DNA of 64,000 bases from Vitrella brassicaformis CCMP3155 (lineage: Eukaryota; Protista; Chromerida), in assembly GCA_001179505.1 (NCBI GenBank), contig CDMY01000352.1:41827-105826 (forward strand), read 5' to 3'. Made by a program: the position numbers and the translations under genes. The notes under the pieces were generated by a model. The model saw only the letters and a list, made by a program, of their open reading frames with translations, was not told where the DNA came from and searched no databases. Positions 40,841-52,764 of this stretch are shown piece by piece. Numbering within the stretch: the stretch's first letter is position 1; every line of letters starts with the position of its first letter.

Positions 40841-41591
40841 CCCGCCCACACGCGTACACCACATACATACGCACCCTACCTACCCTACTCTTTTGCCTTC
40901 TCTATACGCCAGTCAGTCTACCTTGCCTGCCTCCCTCCCTCTCTCCCCCTCTCCCTCCGTCGGTATACCCATGCTATTCTTTGTATGTATGAGGAGATTT
41001 TGCTATGTCTTGGGTGCAAACCGCCGGCCCGTGTTGGTATACTTTGACGGCGGGCGTCGCGCCGCGTGTGATGGATGAATGGCGTGAAGGACAGAGGCGG
41101 GCGGATGGACGGTCTGTCGTTTTGGCCCGCCTCACTTCATTCATCGGATCGTTGACACGTGTGTGTGTGTGTGCGTGCGTGCGTGTGTGTGTGTACCATA
41201 CATTGATTGAGCTGCCGTGTGTGTGTGTATACATGTCCTCGGACGGACGGACGGACGGACGGATGGATGGGCAATGAGACAGCGAATGAATTCAGTACAA
41301 GCGAGGGGAGCGGTCGACTGCCTGCCTGCCTGCCTTTTGTGACCTACACCTTCCTGGTCTGCTTGCCTGCCTGCCTACCTGCCTCTCTCTCCCTCGTGTA
41401 CCATACCAACCCACGATGCCGTCCACTCACTCCAGTCAGTGTGTGTGTGTGTGTCTTTTTTCCCACTGCTTTGTTTCCTTGCCTTGGTGCGTGCGGCTGT
41501 GCATCCATCGATCGCACTGTCTTCTTCTCCTTCGCTCGCCCGAGGTCCTTGTGAAGCATCGTACCTCATTCGAATGTGCGTGACGGCTTCA

Positions 41592-41691
41592 GCGTTTTCC
41601 GGCTCTGGCGAGGAGTTTGTTGGTCCCTGCCGACTGCCCTCGGACGGCAGTCGGCAGGCTCCAACACCTCCTCGCTGTGGCCGCTAAACGC
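41592..41691 (+). ncRNA. Putative structured RNA or palindromic element: 100-nt imperfect hairpin
   Basis: Core cctgccgactgcc/ggcagtcggcagg (13 bp perfect) is flanked by tgttgg/ccaaca, gcgaggag/ctcctcgc and gcgttt..ccgg/gccg..aaacgc pairings. Function unknown. Confidence 0.4.
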
Positions 41692-42679
41692 GAGGCTCTG
41701 GTGCCAGCCATGCACACAATCCAACACGCCGGTTTTCTCTTTGTTTCTTCGCCCCACCCTTCCTCCCTCCTCTCCTGTACATAGATAGAGTCAGGTGACC
41801 GATCGAGCAGACAGACAGTCGTCGGGCGAGTATGAGTATTTTTGAAGACAGGCCAGGCCTCCTTCCCTCGTTTTCCTTCCTGAGTGAGTGCCACGGACGT
41901 ACGCGGATCTGTGTGGTGTGTGGTGTGCGTGGGGGCGATCCAGTCCATTCCGACTGGCCGGCTATGCTGCTGCCCCCTTGCTGCCCACACACACACACAT
42001 ACACACACATGGATGCGTTGGATGCGTCGAACCTCGGTGCGCTACGCTGACTCTGTCTCAGCTACTTGCTACTTGCTGCTGCTGCTGGTGTATTGTGTTG
42101 TGTGCCGTGCATCACCCATCCCGTCCGTACATCCCGTCCGTCCATTCCATGAGTGAGTGTTGGTGTTGTGCAGTGCAGACCAACCAACAATACTTGCCTG
42201 TGTGGTCTGCACTGATTGCGCGAGTGTCTGAGTGAGTGTCTGACATCAATCACTATCTATCTACTATCTGTCTCCTTGATCCATTCATCCATCGCTCATC
42301 ACATACAGAGAGATGCACAGATGGGTCCGTCAACACAGACACACATTTCACGCAACGAACGAGAAATGCCGCCCTCTCTCTGCCGGCTGACGGGTCTGGT
42401 CTGCTCATCACACCGTCGCATCAGATTCGCCGCCCTAGCTGTGCTTCCTGGTCACTCACTCCTCAGTGTAGCCGAGCCACCTGAGGCAGCGATGCTGCAA
42501 GGAGCAGAAACCGGGCGACTAACACCCACATGACTCCAACCAGACACACTCCAATCCAAGACGCATCCGATCTGACTGCTACATGGATGGCCAAAAAACT
42601 CTCAGTGCCTGCCTGGCTGGCTGGCTGGCTCTTGACACACGCAGCATAAGATGACATGGATGCAGCAGCGCACACCCAG

Positions 42680-44298
42680 TCACGAGTGCTTGGACAGGTA
42701 GTCGGCCACACCCTCAGCCTGACGCACAGACAGACAGACAGACATGCACGTGGATTGGCCACACGTGTGTGTGTGTGTGTGTGTCTAGCTTGTGTCTCAC
42801 CGATGCCTTCATTGCAGGTGCACCCTTCGTCCAGTTCGCCGGGCACACCTAGGCACACGCACACACGCACACACAGGTACGTACGAAAAGACCGAGATTG
42901 AGGCCGCCACTCTATCCAGCTGCGTGGCTGTTTGTGTGGACAATAAGTACCTCGCCGTGTTTCTCGGTGTACTGCAGGGCATCGATGATGCGCAGACACT
43001 GGAAAGGCGACAGACAGACAGACAGACAGACACACAAGTTCGGATGATGGCTGGCCAGCTGGCTGTCCGCCTGTCAGCCCCCCCGCCCCCCCCCCCGGCA
43101 CCTCGTCGACGGATCTGCCGAGTGGCAGGTCGTTGACGAGCATGTGGCGGACCACCCCCTCCTTGTCGATGAGGAAGAGACCGCGGAGGGCCACGCCGCC
43201 ATCAAGCAGCACCTGCACACACCACACAGGGAAGTAGAGCTCAGCTACATGGCATGGCGACCATCCCATCCCTCCGTGTGTGCGGATGGCCTGCGAGTGA
43301 GTGGCGTGCGGTGCGTACGCCGTAGTTCCTTGAGATGGACTTGGTGACGTCGGCAACCAGGGGCATCTTGACGCTACCGATGCCGCCCTGCACCCAACAC
43401 CGATTTATTGCATCGCACCGAACTGCACTGCACACTGCACTGCGCGGCATACCTTGTCGAGCGGCGTCATTTTCCATCCATAGTGGCAGAACTGAGAGTC
43501 GATGGACACACCCAACACCTGCACACACACACACACACACACCGCTGTGCGTGTGTTTCTGCCTGTGTGGCCTGCATGGCCTTCGTGTCAGTGCTCGCCT
43601 CGGCGTTTCTCTCGTGGAACTGCGGCAGCGCCTTGTCGAAGGCGATGATCTGAATGGAATGCACCAGACAAGACACACCACACCACACCACACCACACCA
43701 CACCAAGGACGTGATAAATGCGGCGCGGCAGGCCATCCATCACTTCATGATGAGTGTTGCAGTGCACTGATCTGATCCACCTCACCTCGGACGGGCAGAC
43801 AAAGGTGAAGTCAAGAGGGTAGAACAGCAGCCTGACAGGCACCAAAGCAGACAGACACAGAGGCACACATCACATCGACTAGACTACCTCCTCCACACGT
43901 CTGTCTGTCTGTCGGTGTGCTCACACAACGTATTTGCCTTTGAGGTCCGCCAGGCTGAGCTTCTTGATGGAATTGTCGGCAAACACAGTGTCAGCAGTGA
44001 ACCCTGCACCACACACACCCACACACACACACACACACGCCACGCGCACATACATGCAGATCAGATCTTCAATGCCGTGAGTGCATCGCCTCGTTGGCCT
44101 CTCATCTGCCCATCTACTGTACTGTACGGTACCCGGGGCAGGTTTCTGCACGAGGCACTGGTAGTGGTGCGTGCCGGTGGAGAAGACGCGATGCGCTCCG
44201 ACACATGCTGCCGCCGCCCGGCTGCTGGCGAGGCTGCTGCTGGAGCAGATCGCGGTGCGCGAGATGGTGCTGGCCAGAGGGCGCATCAGGGACTGCAT
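42680..44298 (-). CDS. Typical 2-Cys peroxiredoxin (AhpC/TSA) with mitochondrial-type presequence
   Basis: [13 protein letters not shown] (peroxidatic Cys), [49 protein letters not shown]|VCPANW (resolving Cys). Ser/Arg/Ala-rich N-terminus. Confidence 0.96.
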
Positions 44299-44917
44299 TG
44301 CTGCCGATTTGAGAGTTGCGTGGTTGCGCGGGGGCGAGCTGAACACGAGATGGGTACGAGAGGGGCGAGAATCGCGATGAGCCGAGACGGTTCCCCCTTG
44401 TGCTCCTTCATTCATCATTCACTCCATCGACTAGTCAACATGCAGCGCTGTGTTGTCCCCCCACCTAGATCACATCACATGGCATCTTACATAACCCACT
44501 AGACATTTCCATAGAGTGTGCGGTGTGCAAAGGTAGCAACAGTCAGAGCCTCCTGGTGTGCCTTGCAACGGTGCATGGTGTATTGGTGAGTCCAAAAGGT
44601 CAAAACCGACGCACCACGCGGCGTTATTGTGCACACGTGTGCGCCAACCCACCAGCAGGAAGCAAGGTCGTACTCGTATCAACACGGGGGGGGGGGGAGG
44701 GGGGACCATCCATGCAATGCATCCTCTGGCTGCCCTTCTTCCTTCGTCCATTCCCTTTGGACACACAGAAACTTCCAGGAAAGCAGCTAGCTACATGTTT
44801 CTCTCGGTGGTTCCGGAACAACTCAGGCCTGACCATCTCCTTCCCAAGTGCTCTGTGGCAGAGTCGCCACGCCTGTGCACTGGGGCGGGGGACTGACAGG
44901 CATGAGCGGTGCCACTC

Positions 44918-45315
44918 ACCAACCGTCGCCACGGCATTCATTCCATTCTCTGGTCGCTGTGGCACCTGGCGGGGGGATGGAGAGCGTCAAAAGAGCGCCA
45001 GAATGGACGGGTGAAGGTCCCTTCTGTTGCTCTGCCGCCGCCCACCAACCGCCCGCCAGACGCCACAACACCATGACACACACCGAGACAACGAGAGAGA
45101 GAGATGGACAGCCACACACACATCACACAGATGCCAATCGACCAGTCGCCGACAAGCACGGCCCTGGCTGCCCGTTCGTCCCTGACTCTCGAAGTCGAGC
45201 AAGCCAACACACCCCGAGAGTGTGTGGTTCATCACACATTTCTCGTGTCGCCTGGCCCCGCCGACCCGACAGCACAGAGACTAACAGACACACTCGCAAT
45301 AGGTGAGGGCAAAAC
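44918..45315 (+). repeat. Dispersed ~390-bp repeat, copy C
   Basis: Matches copy A along its whole length, with scattered substitutions and small indels. Confidence 0.9.
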
Positions 45316-46108
45316 GAACACATTCGTGTCGGTCGGGGAGTTCATTTCGACAACACGCCAGCTCAGGCAGTGTGCTGTTCTTACAAGCCGTTCCATTCCA
45401 TTCCATTCACTACAGCACAAGAGGCCCGCCCAGCCTCTACAATCTCACGGCCCACATGCAGAGCGATAGGTAGATACATACACACGAAGAGAAACTTGTC
45501 TGCTCTGTGTGCCCGCCCCGGCTGCCACACACAAGACAACGAACGGCCAATTCATCAACAGGGAGGGGCTCGATGGCGATGGCGATGGGTGGGTGTATTG
45601 CGTGCGTCTGATAGATATAAGAAGGAGGGCCCCGGCCAAAACTTCCCTGGCCAAAACCTCCAGTCAGTCGAGATCACTCCTCTCCTTCAACAAATGCGTG
45701 TATGCCATGTCTCTCTACAGCACAGCGCAGCACAGGTAATCGAAGGGCCCTTGGTTGATCGAGGAGAAAACCCATGTAGGCGGCAAGGAGGGAGGGAGGG
45801 AGGCCCACACAGGCATACTTTTACACAGATAGGCAGTTACACACGAGTGAGACACATACAACACGCATACGTGATGGGAAGTGCGCAGCAAAATTGCGAC
45901 TGAATAAGGACTGAAGAAGGCCTTCCTGTACACTTGGGTGGGTCGGACGGTGTGTGTGGGTGGGTGGGTGGGTGTTTGGTGCGCTCGCCAGCCCAGTGAG
46001 GTCAGTCGCTCGTCCCCTCCCTCCCTCCCCCGCCCATCCATTCAGACAGCCAGACGGCCAGCCACACAAACACACGTCTTCATGTGCACACAGGCAGGAC
46101 AGACAGAC

Positions 46109-46408
46109 NNNNNNNNNNNNNNNNNNNNNNNNNNNNNNNNNNNNNNNNNNNNNNNNNNNNNNNNNNNNNNNNNNNNNNNNNNNNNNNNNNNNNNNNNNNN
46201 NNNNNNNNNNNNNNNNNNNNNNNNNNNNNNNNNNNNNNNNNNNNNNNNNNNNNNNNNNNNNNNNNNNNNNNNNNNNNNNNNNNNNNNNNNNNNNNNNNNN
46301 NNNNNNNNNNNNNNNNNNNNNNNNNNNNNNNNNNNNNNNNNNNNNNNNNNNNNNNNNNNNNNNNNNNNNNNNNNNNNNNNNNNNNNNNNNNNNNNNNNNN
46401 NNNNNNNN
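46109..46408. other. Assembly gap (N run)
   Basis: ~300 consecutive N. Confidence 1.
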
Positions 46409-46539
46409 CGCAAGTACGTATTCATGGCGAAACAGAACAGAACAGAATCCGATGCACAAACTATCTATATCTCTCTGTATTTCTCATCGGCCATTGTGTT
46501 GTTGTCTCTGCCTGTCTGTCTGTCTCTGCTCTCATTGAG

Positions 46540-48590
46540 TTAGGCCTTCATGGTCACGTCCTGTGGAGCACTGGCACTGGCGGGTGGGTGGCTGATGGGA
46601 AGTCTGTATGTTTTGTTGAGGGCCACGTTGGGCTCGACAAACGACGACGCGATGCCGCTCACGGCCATCATACCCTGCACACACACCCACACCAGACCAG
46701 CCCGGAAAGACAAGAAACCACCACAGAGACGCCTAAGATGTGTCGATGTGTGTGGTGTGGTGTGTGCGGTGCGTGCCTTGAGGTTGGGTGCGGTGGTGCT
46801 GCGTCGAATGGTGACGAAGCCGCCCTTCATGGCGATCTTGGAGAGGTACTCCGCATCGCCAAAGATGCTCTCGAGCACTAGCCAGGCACCGCGGTACTGC
46901 CCTTGGGTGTAATAGTAGGTCGTGCAGCCTGTCAACGTCTGCACACACCACACACAAAGAGGAGATGCCCGTGCCATCTATCCATGCCTCTGTGGGAACG
47001 ACTGAGGGGGAGGGACGTACCTCGCAGACCACACGTGTGAGTGCCTCCAGCTTCCGCTGCTTGTCGGCCAGCGCCTCGATGCCCCCTGCCGTCGGGGAGG
47101 CCTCGCCATCTTCAGACACAGCCATCGATGCGGTTGACGGCGTGCCCTCGGACACAGCCGACACCTCAGCCGTCACCACATCGATCACCTGAAGAACGGC
47201 ATACACACACACAGTCATGTGTGGGCGAGGGAGGGAGGTAGGCGTGAGAGTGGTGCGCGCAACGTAGTACCTGTTGGATGCCCTTGTTGATGAGCTCGAC
47301 TCCCTTGAGGGCGGCCCGGTCGCTGTGTGATGGTGTGGCGTCGGCCATGGCGCCGCCGCTGCTGCCCTCAAAGATGCGGATGATGTTGAGCTCGCTCGGC
47401 ACGCCGCGCACGTAGTTCAGCACATCCTCCAGCAAACTGGCAGCCTGGGCCGCACCCTGATGGGATGGCAGATAGACACACACACACACACACTGCAACG
47501 GGGTGGTGGGGTGTTTGTGCTGTGTGTACCGACCGGCAGAACGGCCTGGAAGATGGGCTCCTTGATGTATGTGAGGGGGCTGTCGGTAAGGCCCAGCGCA
47601 TCAGCCCGCAGCACCAACGCAACAGTGGTCGCATACTTGTACTTGCTGCACGCACAACACAACGAACAAATACACCCACACGTGGCACACACTCACCCAC
47701 ACACATCGGCCCGGCCCCCTCCCCTTGTGCGTCCCTCCCTGTTGTGTGTCTCTCTCTTCTCTGCGTCCTCCGCACCGCACCGCACCCACCTGTGGTTCGC
47801 GCGCCACGCGCAGTAGGTCTCGGTGGACGTCATGTCGCACGCCGCCATGCGGCCGTCCACGTGGTTGAGGGACTGCTGCAGCACTATGGGGTACGCCTCT
47901 CCCGGCAGATGCAGCTCGTCCAGCAACGCCCGCGTCTTGGCCATCAGCCGGAACAGCCCGTACAGGAACACCTCCTCGGCCGTCACCTCCTGAACGCCCC
48001 CGTCCACACCCACGCCGATGACGTCGGTGAAGGTCTTGCTGCCCGTCCAGGCAGCCGTCAAGATGTCCTTGACCTTCTGCGCGCTGATTTGCTGCACCGT
48101 GGCCGAATCGACGAGGATGTCGAAAAGGTGGAGCGTGAGCGTCCAGCAGGCGAAGGCGCGCAGCTTGTCCTGGAAGCGCCGCTTGGTGTCGCTGCCCTGC
48201 CGCAGGACGCTGGCCGAGTAGGCTATGGCCATCTCCGCCCACTCGTGGCGTCGGCCCTTACGAGGTGAGCCCTCGAGGATGTCCAAATCTTCCAGCACCT
48301 GGTGTATGTCTGCGCGGACCTTGTCGAAGGACGAGCCCAGCAGAAAGTAATTCGTCTTGGGCCGCTGCCGAAAGTTGTCACTGCACATGCACACAGACAG
48401 GCAGACAGACAGACAGGCAGGCAGGCAGAGAGCGAAGGAGGAACACAGACACGATGGGTGCCTGCTCGTGTGTCTGCCCATGGCCCGCAGGCCCTCTGTG
48501 TGTGTCTGCCTGCCCGCCCCCCTGCACACACACAACTCACCTGTCGAGTATCCAAAGGTTGATTTCGCTCAGCACGTCGTCGATGCCCAT
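46540..48590 (-). CDS. Class I isoprenoid/terpene-synthase-fold protein with degenerate metal-binding motifs
   Basis: Spliced ~470-aa helical protein with these motifs in the expected order: LRAFACWTLTLHLFDILVD (DDxxD position), STETYCAWRANH (YxxxR sensor), IKEPIFQAVL..AAQAASLLEDVLNYVRGVPSELNII (NSE/DTE position), ETLTGCTTYYYTQGQYRG (G-x-x-x-W...RY position). Gene existence is high confidence; the fold call is moderate. Confidence 0.65.
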
Positions 48591-48843
48591 CGTGAAAGAA
48601 CAAGATGCGCAAAGTGCTCAAGCTACTGACTGAGCGGGGTGGGAGAGAAAAGGAGGGAAGGAAAAACGCCGCCCAGTGAGCTCGAGCAGTTTCACGAATG
48701 TCCTAGGCTGTCGCATTTGCGAGCTAAGCCTGCAGCCTTAAAAGGGAGAAGGAAGCTGGAGGAATGAGGGTAGCAGAGGGCAGCCACTGCGGCCACACAA
48801 GATCAGCTGACTGACCAGCCACATCACATAGATCGGCTGGCTG

Positions 48844-51800
48844 ATGGGTTTCTTTCGCAAGACTCTGATCTATGGCGGCGGGCTGGGCAGCGCCTGTGCT
48901 GCAGGTACAGTACATGCCCGCATACAGACGAATTTTTTTCATTTGCTATCCCTTTGTGTGTGTGTTGATGTGTGTTGAATGTTGTCTGGCTGTCCGCACT
49001 GCACTGGCTGCGTTGCTTTCTGCAGGTGGTTATGCGGCTCTGCACTACAACCATCAGCAGGGGATGATAGGCCATGCCAACTACTCGTATGCGCCGCCGC
49101 CGAAGCGAGAGGACAACATAGAGAGGATGAAGAAGGAACACTTCGACCTCATTGTTATCGGCGGAGGCGCCACAGGTGACCAATCATGAGATGATATGCA
49201 GAGCAGACGGACAGGCAGCCATGGCTCTTGGGGATGGATGGATGGATGTGTGCAGGGAGCGGTGTTGCAGTGGATGGCGCGAGTCGTGGGCTCAACTGTG
49301 CCTTGGTAGAGTATGACGACTTTGCCTCAGGCACCTCCAGCAGGTCCACCAAGCTCCTGCATGGCGGGGTGAGGTACCTCGAGGCCGCATTCAAGAACCT
49401 TGATATCGGCCAGTAAGAATTATGGTGCAGTGCATCGGAAAGAGAGGCCCGCACGGCACCGAGATTATGGTGGTGGTGGTTGTGGTTGTGTCCCTCACTC
49501 AGGTTGTATTTGGTGTGGGAGGCGTTGGAGGAGCGTGCGCACATGATGAAGAGCGCGCCGTTCATGTCCAAGCCGCTGCCCATCGTCATGCCCATCTACA
49601 ACTGGTGGCAGGTGCCTTACTTCTACGCGGGCATCAAGGCCTACGACTGGCTCGCCAAGCTCGTCTGCTGCTTCGACACAGGTGCGCAGCGCACGCAACG
49701 CAAGCCCCCCTCCCTCCCTCCCTCCCTCCCTCCCTCCCAATACCCATCCATCCAACCAACCACCGATGCTTAGTCCTTTTTGTTGTCTGCCTGTCCATTC
49801 CATTCCCTTCAGGCCTCCCCGAGTGCTTCTACACCAGCCGAGCCAACACCCTCTTTCTGTTCCCCCTCCTCAAGTCGGAAGGCCTTAAGGGCGCCCTTGT
49901 GTATTACGACGGCCAGCACAACGACAGCCGCATGAACATCCAGCTGGCGCTGACGGCATCGATGGACGGCTACGTGGAGGGCATGAAGGGCGCGGCGGTT
50001 GCGAACCACTGCCAGGTGATCGGCGTCATCAAGGACAGTGACGGCCTCGTGGTGAGCTGAGTTGCAACGCAGAGCAGACACACACAAAAAGCGGCGGGGG
50101 CAATGTCATTGCCTATCGGTGTGTTGTGTGATGTGGCATGTGTAGAACGGGATAAAGGTTCGCGACACGGTCAAGAAGGAAGAGTTTGACATTCACGGCA
50201 AAGTGGTCGTCAACTGCACCGGTCAGTGAGAGAGGGAGGGGGCACGCAGCACCCCACATCATAGCCCCACCCACACAGCTGTCCTTGTCATCCTCCATTC
50301 CATTCTGGCCCCCATGCCATGGATGTCATGTCAGGTCCCTTTGCTGACCAAATCCGCGAGATGGCCGACCCCAACTGCCGCAAACTCGTCGCCCCAGCCG
50401 CAGGTACGCCCCGTCCACCCACACAGGACGACCGCATCCACATCCCCGTTTGGAATCGAATTACAGGTGTCCATGTGGTGCTGCCCAAGTGGTACTCGCC
50501 GCCCAACTTCGGCATGATCATCCCGGAGACCACCGACGGGCGAGTGCTGTTCTATCTGCCGTGGGAGGACAATACGATCGCCGGCACGACCGACGCCAAG
50601 TCGGTGCTCACACACCTGCCCAAGCCAACCAGCGAGGAGGTCGACTTCATCGTCAGGGAGTCGGCACGATACCTCTCCCTTGATGAGGCGCAAATAAGGT
50701 GGGTGCGGGTGTGGGTGTGGGCGGGGGATGGATGGGTGGGGAGAAGGTGTATGGGGATTGTGGATGGATGGATGGATGTGTGTGTGTGTGCAGGCAGGAC
50801 ATCAAGGCGTCATGGTCTGGCCTGAGGCCGCTCGTCAAAGACCCCAAGGTGAGCAAGGGAACACTTGTGTGATGTCTTTGTCCCTCTTTCGCTTATCAGT
50901 CAGCAGATGAGGGCAGCACTGCCAAGCTGTCCCGAAGCCACGAGATTGTTGTCGATCCGTCGGGTCTCGTGTCAGTAATGGGCGGCAAGTGGACCACCTA
51001 CCGAAGAATGGCACAGGTAAAGACCGACCGACCGACCGACCGACAGACAGACAGAGAGGGCGGGAGAGGTCATGTGTGATCTTGATGTGTTTGCTGGCAG
51101 GATGCGGTTGACAAGATTCTGGAGGTCCATCGCGATAAGATCAGGACGAGGGCGCCATGCAGGTTATTTACACATACCTTCACCCACCTGGCCACGTGGC
51201 GCCATGCATGTCACTTGCTTGCTGCCGTGTTGGTTGTGTCGTTGCAGAACCAAGAATCTGCTGATCATGGGATCGCACGACCACACGGGCAACTTCCAGC
51301 CAAAGGTAAGTCAGTCGGCACGGCTGGAGAGGCACCCGACCAACACAGAGACCCATCTGCAGATGCGATGCTGCGTGTGATGGATGCGTGTGTCCCTCCC
51401 ATCCCACTGGCCAGGAGGTGAGCGTGTTGGGCGGCAAGCTGCCTCTCCATCTCACCAAACAGTACAACCTCAAACTGCCTACGGTATACACACACACTTC
51501 CAGCACAGCACCCACTACCCAACATGGGGGGCCCACCACATCTACGCAGGCGGAGTATTTGGTGCGGAGTTACGGCTTCCGTGCGCTCGACGTGTGTGAG
51601 CTGGGCAAGAAGGAGGGGCTGCTCGACCCACTTGTGCCGAACCAACCTTTCATCAGAGCCGAAGTCGTCTATGCTGTCAGGTGGGTGCACCGTGGCCATG
51701 TCTGTCTGTGTGGGCGGCGGACATGTGTGTCTGTGTCCGTGTCCGTTTTGTGTGGTCCACCGTGTCTGCAGACATGAGATGGGGTGCACCATCCCCGACG

Positions 51801-52079
51801 TGTTGGGTCGGAGGATCCGGCTGGCATTCGTGGACGCAGATGAGGCGTCACGAATCGCACACGACGTACGCTACGCTACGCTCGCCACCCACATCCACAC
51901 ACATGCGCACAGAGTACGGTGATGTCTCCCTCCCTCTGTGTGGTGACTATGTGTCTGTCGATCAGACTGTTCGTCTGATGGCCCGTGAGCTCAAGTGGCA
52001 CTTTTCGCAGATCAGCGAGGCTGAGAAGGAGGCCAAGGCGTTCCTCCACACCATGACCTACAAGAATCCAGCAGAATGA
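48844..52079 (+). CDS. GPD2: Mitochondrial FAD-dependent glycerol-3-phosphate dehydrogenase
   Basis: [12 protein letters not shown]|[76 protein letters not shown]|[13 protein letters not shown]. Start [12 protein letters not shown]. Confidence 0.97.
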
Positions 52080-52764
52080 ATGAGTGAATCTTCCTGTAGA
52101 TTGGTGCATGCACACATGCGTGTCTGTGTCGGTGAGCACCACCACTGGTGTGTGCTTTGGCCGTGAGCCTGCCTGTAGAAGTGTTGTGGGCTGTCTGTGT
52201 GTGCGTGTGCGTGTGCGTGTGTGTGTGTGCCTGCCAAGAGGCACGTGTGTGTGTGTGCGTGTGTCTTGTGCGTCCTTCGGTCCATCGAGATCCATCGACC
52301 CATTCATTCTGAGATTTCTTGTCGAGTGTACAGGCTTTGTAGCACAGCAGGGTGTGGGTACGAGCAAGGGGACTGTTTTGTTTGTGTTTTGTCGGAGGGG
52401 CTGTGGTGTGTGTGCATGTCGACGGGAGGGAGGAAGGGAGGGAGGGAAGTGAAGTCGCTGAATTCGTGCACGTCTAGCCATCTATATAGACTGCATGCCG
52501 GACACAAGGAGGCGCTTTATGCGTTGAGGAATCGATGAATGGACACGAGAGGGGGCAGCAGGCAGGCAGGCTTTCATCGAATAGAACGTCACACACGCGT
52601 GCGCACAACATGCATCCCTCAGTCCGCCCAACCAACTACACAAATCCTGTCCGTCCACCTCGCAGACCCGCCCACCCATACCGCCCAAAAAGCTACAAAC
52701 ATACGTGCTGCCTCCCTCGCACGATTCGATTCACCACGAAACCGTCGGCAGCCTAGCCTCTTGA

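Noticed and set aside
48844-52079. GPD2 lacks the C-terminal EF-hand extension
   Set aside because: This is normal for non-animal mitochondrial G3P dehydrogenases.
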